DNA of 64,000 bases from Gemmatimonadota bacterium (GTDB lineage: Bacteria > Gemmatimonadota > Gemmatimonadetes > Palauibacterales > Palauibacteraceae), in contig OY762926.1 of the NCBI GenBank assembly GCA_963666735.1, positions 2,624,001 through 2,688,000 of the forward strand, given 5' to 3'. The position numbers were made by a program, and so were the translations under genes. The first letter of the stretch is position 1, and every line of letters begins with the position of its first letter. Below, piece after piece: positions 19,763 to 29,663 of this stretch. Under the pieces are notes generated by a model. The model was not told the DNA's origin. It searched no databases and was given only the letters and a program-made list of their open reading frames with translations.

Positions 19763-20243
19763 GCGGGGCGATGACCGGCTCCGCGGACGCCTGCGGGCCG
19801 AACGTCGGACGCGAGGAGTCCGTGGACCAGGGATCGATGAACTCCTGAGCCGGATCCACCTCATCGCGCGGCGTCGGCGGCTCCTGTTCCTCGACGACCG
19901 GCCCCGCGGCCGCTTCGGAGTCGGATGCGCCCTGTTCGCCCTCCGCCTCGTCCGCGGAAGCGGCGGACGTCTCGGCCGCCGCGGCAGTGCCGACGGCGGC
20001 AGTGCCGGCGATCGTCGCGTTGCTCGCGGTCGACGGTTTCGGAGGCGCGGGCGGCGACTTCCACTGCGTCTCCCGGCCGGCGGCCTCGAGTTCGCGCTGG
20101 ATCTCGTTCATCCCCTTCCGGAACTCGCGGATCCCCTTGCCGATGGTGCGGGTGATCTCCGGGAGGCGGCGGGGCCCGAACACGATGAGCACGAGCATCG
20201 CAATGAGGAGGATCTCGCTGATTCCGAACCCGGTCATATTCAT
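19647..20243 (-). CDS. tatA: Twin-arginine translocase TatA/TatB subunit
   Basis: GFGISEILLIAMLVLIVFGPRRLPEITRTIGKGIREFRK followed by a long acidic, Pro-rich tail. Confidence 0.85.
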   Translation of the reverse strand: MNMTGFGISEILLIAMLVLIVFGPRRLPEITRTIGKGIREFRKGMNEIQRELEAAGRETQWKSPPAPPKPSTASNATIAGTAAVGTAAAAETSAASADEAEGEQGASDSEAAAGPVVEEQEPPTPRDEVDPAQEFIDPWSTDSSRPTFGPQASAEPVIAPPTTEPAPPEPPEPPKPPEAEDPADSRNPQGPQDPRDPQ

Positions 20244-20276
20244 GACAGTGCGATCAGCCGGGCGGGCGGGCCGAAC

Positions 20277-20825
20277 TCAGGGCGTCAGCGCCCGCAGCAC
20301 GTCCTCGCCGTAGAACATGCCGATGTACCTGGCCTGCACCGGCGTGACCCTGCGGACGGCCCAGACCAGCTCGACGTGGTTGGGTTCGCGAGGCTCCGCC
20401 GGGAGCGAGAACCCGCATTCGCCCAACAGACGGTCCGCCTTCTTCAGGTTGCACCTGCTGCAGGCCGTGACCACGTTCGACCACCCGTTGTCTCCGCCAC
20501 GCGAGATCGGAGTCACGTGGTCGCGCGTCAGCGACTCGCGATACCCCAGGTCGCGCCGGTGACGGCCGCAGTACTGACAGCGATAGGCGTCGCGGGCGAA
20601 CAGGAAGGTGTTCGTGACCTGACGGCGGAAACGGCGGGGGATCTGGATGAACCGCGCGAGGCGGATGACGACGGGCGTATCCATCCGTACGCGCTCGGAT
20701 CGGATGGGACGTTCCGAATCCACCTCGAGCGCGGCGGCCTTCCGGTCGATGACCAGGCGAACGGCGCGCCGGACCGGAATGATCGTCAACGGCTCGTATG
20801 AAGCGTTCAGGGCCAGACAGCCCAT
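20277..20825 (-). CDS. HNH endonuclease
   Basis: CLALNASYEPL, LFARDAYRCQYCG, LTRDHVTP.SRGG..WSNVVTACSRCN. Confidence 0.9.
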   Translation of the reverse strand: MGCLALNASYEPLTIIPVRRAVRLVIDRKAAALEVDSERPIRSERVRMDTPVVIRLARFIQIPRRFRRQVTNTFLFARDAYRCQYCGRHRRDLGYRESLTRDHVTPISRGGDNGWSNVVTACSRCNLKKADRLLGECGFSLPAEPREPNHVELVWAVRRVTPVQARYIGMFYGEDVLRALTP

Positions 20826-20894
20826 GAGCGACCCCCCAATTGGATTCGGTGCGGAAAACAAGCAATCCGGCTGCAACGTGTCAAGCGAAAGAAC

Positions 20895-23225
20895 GTGTCA
20901 AGCGAAACCCCTGATGAGGAGGCGGTGCGGGACGTAGGCTCCGCCGGCGTGTGCGAAGTGGCGGTCGCGCGGACGTTCCTCGGCACGCTCGCGTACTCGG
21001 TCCCCGCTTCGCTCGTCGGCGTCGTGGAGCCGGGCATGCGGGTTCGCGTGCCGCTCGGCGGGGGCACGGCGGTCGGGGTCGTGGACCGTCTCGGGCTGAG
21101 GACGGACCGGGGACGGAAACCCCGGCTGCGGGAGTTGCGGGGCGTGCTCGACGAAGCACCGGTGATCGACGCGCTGCTCCTCGATCTCTGCCGCTGGATC
21201 TCGGACTACTACGTGGCGCCTCTCGGCGTGGTGCTGAGGGCGGCCCTCCCGCCGGGGGCGCTCGGGTCCCGGGCCGGCGCGGGAGGGAGCCCCGGCCGGC
21301 CGCGCACCGAGCGCCTGCTCCGGCTTGTGCGCGAACTGCGAACGCTGAGCGAACGGAACCGCGCCTTCGGGCGGGCGAAGCGGCAGCGCGAGTTGTATGA
21401 GACGCTCGAGTCGCTCGGCGGACAGGCGGGCGTCGGGCACCTGATGAAGCAACTCGGCTTCGGCCGGAGCGTGCTCAACGGGCTCGTGGAGCGGCGCCTG
21501 GCGGAGTTCGTCGAGCGCGAAGTGGAGCGGGATCCGTTCGCCGGCCCGGTCGAGGCGGAGCCCCGGTTCACGCTGACGCCGGACCAGACCCGGGTCGTGA
21601 GCGATCTCGAGCGTCTCGACGCGCCGGGGTGCGTCGCGCTCCTGCGCGGCGTGACGGGCTCGGGCAAGACCGCCGTCTACCTGGAAGTGCTGGAGCGTCA
21701 ACTCGCGCTGGGCCGCTCCGGCATCTTCCTCGTGCCGGAGATCGCGCTCACCCCCCAGACCGTGCAGCGCTTCCGCGCCCGCTTTGGCGACGAGGTCACC
21801 GTGTTGCATTCGGGGCTCTCGGACGGGGAGCGCTTCGACGCCTGGCGCAGTCTGCGCGAGGGGAGGAAGCGGATTGCGATCGGCCCGCGCTCCGCGGTGT
21901 TCGCGCCGGTCCGGAATCTGGGCGCGATCATCGTCGACGAGGAGCACGAGAGCAGCTACAAGCAGTCCGATGTGCCGCGCTACCACGCCCGGTCCGTCGC
22001 GATCATGCGCGCGCGGCTGGAGGGGGGCCTGTGCGTGCTCGGATCCGCGACGCCCGCCCTCGAGAGCTGGGAGAACGCGCGGACCGGCCGCTATCATCTG
22101 CTCGAACTCGAGGAACGGGTGACGGGCCACGGACTCCCATCGGTGGAACTCGTCGACCTGCGCGCCGACACCGGCGAGGGCCCGGGACGGGACGCGGAGG
22201 ACCCCGCTCCGGGTGGCGGACCGCGCGTCTTCTCCGAACGGCTGCGGGAGGCGGTCGCCGCGCGCCTGGAACGGGGCGAACAGACGATCCTCTTTCTCAA
22301 CCGCCGCGGATACGCCTCCTTCGCCGAGTGCGCGGCCTGCGGTCACGTGTGGAGTTGCGACGCCTGTTCGGTGACCCTCACGTATCATCGCCGCCGCCGG
22401 CAGCTCGTGTGTCATCACTGCGGCTCGACGAGTCCCCTCCCCGCCGGGTGCGCCGAGTGCGGCGGCCCCGCGCCGCGCTACTCCGGGGTCGGCACCGAAC
22501 AGGTCGAGCGCCGGGTGGGCGAACTCTTCCCCGAGGCCGGCATCGCCCGCATGGACCTCGACACCACGGGCTCCAAGTGGGCGCACGTCGAGATTCTGGA
22601 GGCGTTCCGGAGGCAGGAGGTCGACATCCTGCTCGGCACGCAGATGATCGCCAAGGGCCTCGACTTCCCGCAGGTCACGCTCGTGGGAGTGATCAACGCG
22701 GACGTCGGCCTCCACCTGCCGGACTTCCGCGCCAGCGAACGCACCTTCCAACTGCTGGAGCAGGTCGCCGGACGGGCCGGGCGGGGCGACGAACCGGGGG
22801 AGGTGCTGGTCCAGACCTCTCGTCCGCGGCACTACGCGCTCGCCGCGGCGGCCGAGCACGACTACGTCGGTTTCGCGGACCGCGAACTCGGAGACCGCGA
22901 GGAACCCGGCTATCCGCCGCACCGCCGGCTCGCGAACCTGGTCATCTCCGGAAAGACCGAGTCCCGGGTGATCGACATCGCCGAGGAACTGTCCGAGTGG
23001 ACGCGCCGACTGATTCGAGGTCGCCGGCTCACCGGGATCGAGGTCATCGGCCCGGCCCCCTGCCCCATCGATCGACTCCGGGAGCGGTGGAGGTGGCACT
23101 TCCTGATCAAGGCGGACCGCGCCGCGACGCTCGGAGGCGTTCTCCGCTTCCTCGGAGAGCAGCGGGGCCAGCCCGGTTCGGGCCTCCGGCTCGAGATCGA
23201 CCGCGATCCCGAGGCACTCCTGTGA
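20895..23225 (+). CDS. priA: Primosomal protein N'
   Basis: GVTGSGKT, VPEIALTPQ, DEEHE, Cys-rich zinc module, GTQMIAKGLDFP, QVAGRAGR. Confidence 0.97.
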   Translation: MSSETPDEEAVRDVGSAGVCEVAVARTFLGTLAYSVPASLVGVVEPGMRVRVPLGGGTAVGVVDRLGLRTDRGRKPRLRELRGVLDEAPVIDALLLDLCRWISDYYVAPLGVVLRAALPPGALGSRAGAGGSPGRPRTERLLRLVRELRTLSERNRAFGRAKRQRELYETLESLGGQAGVGHLMKQLGFGRSVLNGLVERRLAEFVEREVERDPFAGPVEAEPRFTLTPDQTRVVSDLERLDAPGCVALLRGVTGSGKTAVYLEVLERQLALGRSGIFLVPEIALTPQTVQRFRARFGDEVTVLHSGLSDGERFDAWRSLREGRKRIAIGPRSAVFAPVRNLGAIIVDEEHESSYKQSDVPRYHARSVAIMRARLEGGLCVLGSATPALESWENARTGRYHLLELEERVTGHGLPSVELVDLRADTGEGPGRDAEDPAPGGGPRVFSERLREAVAARLERGEQTILFLNRRGYASFAECAACGHVWSCDACSVTLTYHRRRRQLVCHHCGSTSPLPAGCAECGGPAPRYSGVGTEQVERRVGELFPEAGIARMDLDTTGSKWAHVEILEAFRRQEVDILLGTQMIAKGLDFPQVTLVGVINADVGLHLPDFRASERTFQLLEQVAGRAGRGDEPGEVLVQTSRPRHYALAAAAEHDYVGFADRELGDREEPGYPPHRRLANLVISGKTESRVIDIAEELSEWTRRLIRGRRLTGIEVIGPAPCPIDRLRERWRWHFLIKADRAATLGGVLRFLGEQRGQPGSGLRLEIDRDPEALL

Positions 23226-23298
23226 GCGGACCGTCAAACTCCCGTCGCACTCCCCGCTTCGCTTGTTGGGAGGGTCACGCTCCGACAGGTTGTGCTAC

Positions 23299-23326
23299 TG
23301 GTTCACGCTGGTTCACGGTGGTTCAC
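23299..23326 (+). promoter_or_regulatory. Three TGGTTCAC direct repeats with 10-bp period upstream of the Cys/His-rich lipoprotein gene
   Basis: Copies at 23299, 23309 and 23319. Confidence 0.45.
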
Positions 23327-23383
23327 AATCCGCCGTAAGTTCGCCGTCATCCGCCGCAAATCGGTGCATGTGAGGAAGAGGGA

Positions 23384-24676
23384 ATGAGAAGTCACGTTCG
23401 GGGCCTCGGGCTCGTCATGGCGATCGGGATCGCGTCGACCACCTGCGGGGGATCGTCGCTGCCGCCCGGGATGTCGGCCGGAGCCGTGGCCGCGTTTGAG
23501 GCGTGCCGCGAGTTGGCGTGGGAGGAGAAGCAGGGATGCTACGAAGCGCGGCTCCTCGACGAACTCGACGGGGCCGGGGTGGGCGCGTCGCTGGAAATGC
23601 TCGAGTCGCTGGCCGCGGCGGACATGGCGGTTCGGTCGCAGTCCCATGTTCTCACCCACGCGATCGGCATCAACGCCTACTCCCCCGGCGAGTCGTTCGC
23701 CGATGTCTTCGGAGAGTGCACGGAACTCTTCCAGTCGGGGTGCTACCACGGGGTCGTCCAGGCCTATTTCATCGCCACGGGCGACCCGAACGAGGAGATG
23801 GTCGCCGGACTCTGCGAGCCCTACGAAGCGGACCCCGCCGACCGCTGGCTGCTCTTCCAGTGCCTGCACGGTCTCGGACACGGCCTGACGATGTACTACG
23901 GCCACCACCTTCTCATGGCGCTCGAGGGCTGCGACCTGCTGGCGACCCGATGGAACCGCGACTCCTGCTACGGCGGCGCGTTCATGGAGAACGTCGTCAA
24001 CGCGATCGCCCCTCATCATCCGGCCGCCGCGCTCGTGTCCGATGGAGCCGCGATGGACGCGATGGAGGGCGGGGCGGAGGAAGCGGCCGAAGCCCCCGAC
24101 CATGGCGCGGGCGCGCACGATCACGGGGCGATGGCGATGGCCGAGGGCATGACGGAGGGCATCGAACCGTTCGAGGCCATGCGCGCCGACGACCCGCACT
24201 ATCCCTGCTCGATTCTGGACGAGCAGTACCTGACCGCCTGTTACCTGATGCAGACGTCCGCCATGCTCTGGCTGAACGACTGGGACATCGCGGACGCGGC
24301 CTCCTCCTGTCGCGAGGCGCCCGACGGTTGGCGAGACGACTGCTTCGTGAGCCTCGGCCGCGACATCAGCGGCCGCACGCTTCAGGACGAGGGCGACGCG
24401 CGCCGCGAGTGCCAAGAGACGCCGGAGGACTATCGCGAATGGTGCTACGCGGGCGTCGTCAAGAACTTCGTCGACGTCACCGCGACGACGGAAGCCGGTT
24501 TCTCGTTCTGCCGCACCGTCGAGGACTGGGCCAAACCCCGGTGCCACGAAGCCATGGGGGAGGAACTGTACGTGCTCTACGCGGACGAAGCCGGGCGGCG
24601 CGAGGCGTGCGAGGCGTCGGAGACGGAAGAACTCGCGCTCGCGTGCCGGCGCGGCGCCCGCGTGCGGACGGATTAG
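23384..24676 (+). CDS. Cys/His-rich helical-repeat lipoprotein of unknown function
   Basis: Lipobox-like STTC; SHVLTHAIG, GCYHG, QCLHGLGHG, SCYGGAFMEN; nine Cys pairs. Confidence 0.8.
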   Translation: MRSHVRGLGLVMAIGIASTTCGGSSLPPGMSAGAVAAFEACRELAWEEKQGCYEARLLDELDGAGVGASLEMLESLAAADMAVRSQSHVLTHAIGINAYSPGESFADVFGECTELFQSGCYHGVVQAYFIATGDPNEEMVAGLCEPYEADPADRWLLFQCLHGLGHGLTMYYGHHLLMALEGCDLLATRWNRDSCYGGAFMENVVNAIAPHHPAAALVSDGAAMDAMEGGAEEAAEAPDHGAGAHDHGAMAMAEGMTEGIEPFEAMRADDPHYPCSILDEQYLTACYLMQTSAMLWLNDWDIADAASSCREAPDGWRDDCFVSLGRDISGRTLQDEGDARRECQETPEDYREWCYAGVVKNFVDVTATTEAGFSFCRTVEDWAKPRCHEAMGEELYVLYADEAGRREACEASETEELALACRRGARVRTD

Positions 24677-24688
24677 CAGCCCGGCCGG

Positions 24689-25384
24689 CTAACCGTCCCC
24701 GTTGCCGCTCTCCGCTCCGCTCTCTGCGCCTCTCGCCGCGCGCATGAAGCGTCGCAGCAGCCTCTCGTCGAGCCGACCGTCCGTTCTCACTCCCGAGCAG
24801 ACATCCACGCCGAAGGGACGAACCGCGCGCAGGGCCGCGGCCACGTTGGTCGACCGGAGGCCCCCGGCGAGGTAAACCGGACAGTCGGCCCGCTCGACGA
24901 TGGCGCGGCTGTGGCTCCAGTCGTGCACGCGGCCCGTGCCCCCGAGTTGCCGCACGGGGAGGTCCGGGTCGCCCGAATCGAGCAGGACCGCGTCGACCAG
25001 CGGCGCCACCGCGACCGCTTCCTCCACCGAGTGCTCCCCCCGGACGTGCACCACCTGAACGAGCGACACCCCCGGCAGACGGCGGCGCAGACCGCGGAGC
25101 GCATCGGGCGTCAGCCGGTCCACGAGTTGGAGCGTGTCGGCCCCGGCGTCGCGCTGCTGGGCCGCGATCTCCTCCGGGTCCGTTCGCGACGTGAGCAGGA
25201 AGGTCGCGACGCCGCGGGGGACTCCGGCCGCGATGCGGCGGATCGTCGCCTCGTCGATGACCCCCGGCCCGCTCGGCATCGCGGAGACGAGGCCGATCGC
25301 CGTCGCCCCGTAGCGGGCGGCCAGCGCGGCCTCCCCGGGGCTCTCGATACAGCAGATCTTGACGGCGGGCTCACGCCGGCTCAG
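24689..25384 (-). CDS. trpF: Phosphoribosylanthranilate isomerase (probable CTG start)
   Basis: [40 protein letters not shown]. Confidence 0.88.
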   Translation of the reverse strand: MSRREPAVKICCIESPGEAALAARYGATAIGLVSAMPSGPGVIDEATIRRIAAGVPRGVATFLLTSRTDPEEIAAQQRDAGADTLQLVDRLTPDALRGLRRRLPGVSLVQVVHVRGEHSVEEAVAVAPLVDAVLLDSGDPDLPVRQLGGTGRVHDWSHSRAIVERADCPVYLAGGLRSTNVAAALRAVRPFGVDVCSGVRTDGRLDERLLRRFMRAARGAESGAESGNGDG

Positions 25385-26418
25385 GCGGGCGCCCCCGTGG
25401 CGGCGCGCTCGACGCCGAGTCCCGGGCCGTCGGGCAGGACGATTCGACCCTCCTCGAGATGCGGGCCGTTGAACGGATCGGAACGGAGGAGCGCGGCGCC
25501 GTCCAGGTCCGCGTAGTCCACGAGCGGGGCCAGGTGCGCCGCGGGCGCGATCCCGAGGCTCGTCTCCAGCATGCACCCGAGCATGACCGAGAGGCCGCAC
25601 GCGCGCGCGGTGTGCACCATGCGGAGCGCCTCTCTCGGACCTCCGCACTTCGCGAGTTTGATGTTGATGCCGTCGACGAGGCCGTCGAGTCGCGGGATGT
25701 CGCTTGCCACGATGCTCGACTCGTCCACGACGATGGGCAGGACCGCGCGCGAGCGGACGAAGGCCAACTCGTCGTTCTCCGTCGGCGGGAGCGGCTGCTC
25801 CACGAACTCCACCCCGTACTCGGCGCACATCGCGATCCCCTCCACGGCCTCGGCGGGAGTCCAGGCCGCGTTCGCGTCCACGCGCAGGATCTTGTCGGGC
25901 GCCGCGCCGCGGACGGCGCTCAGCCGCGCTTCGTCGTCGTCGCTCCCGAGCTTGATCTTGAGGATGGGCCACGCTTCGGCCTCGCGCGTCTTGCGGGCCA
26001 TGACGTCCGGAGCGTCGATGCCGATCGTGAACGAACTGAGGGGCGCGTCCGCCGGATCCAGGCCCCACAGCTTCCAGAGCGGAAGCCCGGCGCGCTTTCC
26101 GACCCAGTCGTGAAGCGCGGCGGAAACCGCGCAGCGGGCCGACCCGTTGCGGCCGAGGAGGCTCGCGAGGTCCCGCTCTATGTTCTCGAGCCGGAACGGG
26201 TCTTCGACCTCCTCGAGGCGGGGGGCCAGCTTCTTCAGCGCGGCTTCCACCGTGTCCGCCGTCTCCCCGTAGTACCCGGACGGATCCGCCTCGCCCCAGC
26301 CTTCGATCCCCTCGTGTTCCAGCCGCAGCCACACCAGGTCGTCACCCGTCTTCACGCCCCGGCTGATGCCGAAGGGGTGCGCCGTCTCGACGTGGAACTG
26401 CTCCCAGGAAACTCTCAA
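25381..26418 (-). CDS. L-Ala-D/L-Glu dipeptide epimerase (enolase superfamily)
   Basis: [54 protein letters not shown] start overlaps upstream TGA. Confidence 0.92.
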   Translation of the reverse strand: MRVSWEQFHVETAHPFGISRGVKTGDDLVWLRLEHEGIEGWGEADPSGYYGETADTVEAALKKLAPRLEEVEDPFRLENIERDLASLLGRNGSARCAVSAALHDWVGKRAGLPLWKLWGLDPADAPLSSFTIGIDAPDVMARKTREAEAWPILKIKLGSDDDEARLSAVRGAAPDKILRVDANAAWTPAEAVEGIAMCAEYGVEFVEQPLPPTENDELAFVRSRAVLPIVVDESSIVASDIPRLDGLVDGINIKLAKCGGPREALRMVHTARACGLSVMLGCMLETSLGIAPAAHLAPLVDYADLDGAALLRSDPFNGPHLEEGRIVLPDGPGLGVERAATGAPA

Positions 26419-27650
26419 CGCTCGCTCGTCCGCCAGAGGTTGTACTGGATGCGGGAAGGCGTGACTTCCGGTCCGTCCTCGCGCATGTAGACGTCGATTT
26501 CCGTCCGGTGGCCGAAGCGTCCCTCCAGGTAGACGCCGGGCTCGACGGAAAAGCCGACGCCCGCCACGAGCCGCCGGTCGTCCCGCATCTCGATGCTGTC
26601 CAGGGTGGGACCGACGCCGTGGAGTTCGCGGTCGATGCCGTGCCCGGTGCGATGGAAGATGGCGTCTTCGTAGCCGCGCGCGATCAGCGTGTCCCGGGCG
26701 GCCCGGTCCGCGTCGGCGCCGGTGGCGCCCGGGTCCTCCCGGATGACGTCGACCGCCGCGTCGCGGGCCGCGACGACCGCCTCCCAGCCGGCGATCACGT
26801 CGGCGGGCGGCGCCGGGCCGAGAAAACCCATCCACGTCTGGTCGGCGAAGACCGCGTCGGGTTCCCCCGCCACGCGCCCCCACAGATCGACCATGAACAC
26901 CCGGTCCGCCGTCAGGATCGACGATCCCTCGGCCCGGGGTTCGTAGTGCGGCTTGGCGGCGTTGGGACCCACCGCGACGATCGTGTCCGCCTCCGTCAGG
27001 CCCTCGGCGCGCAGGCGCGCCCGGATCCACTCGGCGAGGTCGTGCTCCGTAACCGGGGTGGGCTCGTCGGAGGTATCGAATGCGGCGGCGGTCCCGGGAT
27101 CCGCCTCGGGCGTCAGTCCCGCCGCGCGCGCGGCCAGTTCGAACGCCGTCCGCGCGGTCCGCGCCAGGATCTCGGCCGCCCCGTGGTGCAGTGCGTGCCC
27201 GTGCGCGCCCCACTGGGCCGCCGTCCCGGAGATCAGGTCCACCGAACTGACGACCCGGGGCCCGAGCGACTCGACCAGTTCGACGACGCCGGCGGGGACG
27301 TGGTCCACATACGGGATCGAGTCCCGGGGGCTCACCTCCATCGCGACCGTATCCATGCCCCGCAGCATCTCGCGCAGCGCCGCCTCCATCTCGTCCCAAC
27401 CGACGTAGCTCGTGAGCCGGTGCGGCCACCCCTCCCAACCGGACACCTCGATCTTCTGGACGAGCGCGTGCGGCGTCCGCCCCGGTTCGATGAGGACGAA
27501 GTACCGGCGTTTCTGGCCTTCGGGCAGGCCGACGAGGTGCGCCGCCAGCGGATTGAGGGCCCGGAAGTCGTACAGCAGCCAGGCATCGGTTTTCTGTCGC
27601 TCGAGCTCGCGGGAAGCGGTCTCCAGGAAGGTGGCGTCGAGGTCGGGCAA
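26415..27650 (-). CDS. M24-family (Xaa-Pro) aminopeptidase
   Basis: AKPHY, VDLW, ADQTW, HRTGHGID, SVEPGVY, RTEID. Confidence 0.9.
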   Translation of the reverse strand: MPDLDATFLETASRELERQKTDAWLLYDFRALNPLAAHLVGLPEGQKRRYFVLIEPGRTPHALVQKIEVSGWEGWPHRLTSYVGWDEMEAALREMLRGMDTVAMEVSPRDSIPYVDHVPAGVVELVESLGPRVVSSVDLISGTAAQWGAHGHALHHGAAEILARTARTAFELAARAAGLTPEADPGTAAAFDTSDEPTPVTEHDLAEWIRARLRAEGLTEADTIVAVGPNAAKPHYEPRAEGSSILTADRVFMVDLWGRVAGEPDAVFADQTWMGFLGPAPPADVIAGWEAVVAARDAAVDVIREDPGATGADADRAARDTLIARGYEDAIFHRTGHGIDRELHGVGPTLDSIEMRDDRRLVAGVGFSVEPGVYLEGRFGHRTEIDVYMREDGPEVTPSRIQYNLWRTSER

Positions 27651-27688
27651 GGCCGGGCTCCTGTTCTGCGGGGCGCGCTTCGGGGCGG

Positions 27689-28657
27689 TCAGCCCGTGGC
27701 GTCGCGCAGGGCCGTCAGGTGTGAGACGACGTTGCGTCCCAGTTCGTCGGGATTGTAACCGCCCTCGAGGAAGGAGACCACGCGGTTTCGGGCCGTGGCC
27801 CGCGTCCGCTCGACGACCCCGTGCGTCAGGGTGTCGAAGTGCGCCGGGGTGAGCGTGAAGCCCCCCAGCGGATCTTCCGCCCCCGCGTCGAACCCGGCGG
27901 AGATGAGCGTGATGTCGGGCTCGAAGTCGGCCGTGGCCCGGTCCACGCCATCGAGCAGCGTCTCCACATAGCGTTCGGGCGGGAGACCCGCGGGCATGGG
28001 GAGATTCAGCGTCGTTCCCTCCCCCGCTCCCCGCCCGCCTTCATCGGCCGACCCGGTGCCGGGGAAGAGCGGGTGCTGGTGCATCGAGAGGAAGAAGACG
28101 GAGGGGTCGTCATAGAAGATGTCCTGGGTCCCGTTTCCGTGGTGCACGTCCCAATCCACGATCAGCACCCGCTCGACTTCCGGCCGGACCAGGGCGTGAC
28201 GCGCGGCCACGCCGATGTGATTGAAGAGGCAGAAGCCCATGGCCCGGTCCGGCGTCGCGTGGTGGCCCGGCGGGCGCACGGCGCAGAGAGCGGCGCGGCA
28301 CGTCCCGTCGAGCACCGCGTCCACCGCCGCGACGCCGCACCCGGAGGCGGCCACGGCGGCGTCCCAGCTTCCCGGCGAGACGGGCGTGTCGGGATCGATC
28401 CGCTCGATCCGTCCGCTCTCGACGGACCGGTCGCAGACCGCACGCACGCGCTCCACGTGTCCCGGCGTGTGGGCCCGCTCCAGTTCGGCGACGCCGGCCG
28501 GGGGCGGCATGACGGGGAGGACATCCTCGTGAAGCTCGGGCAGCGCCCGCTCGAGCGCGCTCATCACGGCGCGGAGCCGGCCCTGGTGCTCCGGGTGACC
28601 CCAGCCCGTGTCGTGACGGCTGCAGTCGGGATGCTGAAACAGACCCAGACGCGTCAG
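27689..28657 (-). CDS. Histone-deacetylase-family amidohydrolase (probable CTG start)
   Basis: Frame extends upstream of the track start to LTRLGLFQHPDCSRHDTGWGHPEHQGRL; RPPGHHA, GFCLFN, DWDVHHGNGTQ, SAGFDA, LEGGY. Confidence 0.92.
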   Translation of the reverse strand: MTRLGLFQHPDCSRHDTGWGHPEHQGRLRAVMSALERALPELHEDVLPVMPPPAGVAELERAHTPGHVERVRAVCDRSVESGRIERIDPDTPVSPGSWDAAVAASGCGVAAVDAVLDGTCRAALCAVRPPGHHATPDRAMGFCLFNHIGVAARHALVRPEVERVLIVDWDVHHGNGTQDIFYDDPSVFFLSMHQHPLFPGTGSADEGGRGAGEGTTLNLPMPAGLPPERYVETLLDGVDRATADFEPDITLISAGFDAGAEDPLGGFTLTPAHFDTLTHGVVERTRATARNRVVSFLEGGYNPDELGRNVVSHLTALRDATG

Positions 28658-28667
28658 GGTCCGCCGC

Positions 28668-29507
28668 CTAGGTCGCGAAGGTGGCGAGGCTCTGTCCCTC
28701 GGGACCTTCCCGCAACTCCCGCAGCGCCCGGTCCCGGAGCTGGCGGACGCGTTCGCGCGTCACGCCCAGCAGGCGACCGATCTGCTCCAGCGTATGCGGG
28801 TCTTCGCCCTGCAGTCCGTAGTACAGGCGGACGACGCGGGCGTCCCGCGGCCGCAGACGCCGCAGGCCCTCGGCGATGTGCCGCTTCAGCAGACGCCCTT
28901 CGACGACTTCCGCGACATCCGTTTCGTCCGCGAGGAACCGCTCCGCGAGATCGCTGTCGTCGGCGGCCCCGACCCGCGCGTCGAGTCGAACCTCGCGCGC
29001 GTTCAGCCTCCGCAGCAGGGCGACCGTGGGCACCGTCAGCTTCGCTCCCTCCGCGATTTCCCGATCACTGGGTTCGCGATCGAGAGCCTGACGCAGTTCG
29101 CCCCGCACGCGGAGCATGCGCGCCAACTCGGTCGCCCGGTTGAGAGGCACGCGCACGGGCCGGCCCTGCTTCGCGATGGCGGACAGGATCGCCTGGCGAA
29201 TCCACCACACGGCGTAGCTGATGAACTTCACGCCGTGGTCCGGGTCGAACTTCCGGGCGGCAATGATCAGACCGACGTTCCCCTCCTGAATGAGGTCGAG
29301 GAAGCTCAGCCCCTTGTTGCGGTAGCGTCGGGCGACCGAGATGACGAAGCGCAGATTCGCACGGACGAGGCGGTCGAGGGCGGAGGCGTCCCCGCCGCGG
29401 GCGGAGCGGGCGGTCTCGCGCTCCTCGCTGGGGCTCAGGAGCGGATAACGACCCAGTTCCTCGAGGTAGCGTTCGAGGATGTTCGGCGACAAACCTTCGC
29501 GACCCAT
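28668..29507 (-). CDS. Sigma-70 factor (RpoD/SigA-like, short form)
   Basis: LVRANLRFVISVA, DLIQEGNVGL, KFISYAVWWIRQ, TLEQIG..GVTRERVRQ; ATG after GAGGAAG. Confidence 0.93.
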   Translation of the reverse strand: MGREGLSPNILERYLEELGRYPLLSPSEERETARSARGGDASALDRLVRANLRFVISVARRYRNKGLSFLDLIQEGNVGLIIAARKFDPDHGVKFISYAVWWIRQAILSAIAKQGRPVRVPLNRATELARMLRVRGELRQALDREPSDREIAEGAKLTVPTVALLRRLNAREVRLDARVGAADDSDLAERFLADETDVAEVVEGRLLKRHIAEGLRRLRPRDARVVRLYYGLQGEDPHTLEQIGRLLGVTRERVRQLRDRALRELREGPEGQSLATFAT

Positions 29508-29663
29508 CGCAACTTCCTCCCTTCGCGGGCGTCGGCCAGGCCGGGCGGCCGGCCCATCTGCCGGCGTCGGCCGCCACGCACGAAACGTCGGTCGCTCCCC
29601 CGAAGCTAGCGCGGCTGGGCGCCCCCGCAAATCTGTCGCCGGATGCGCCACCCGCGGAGCCCG

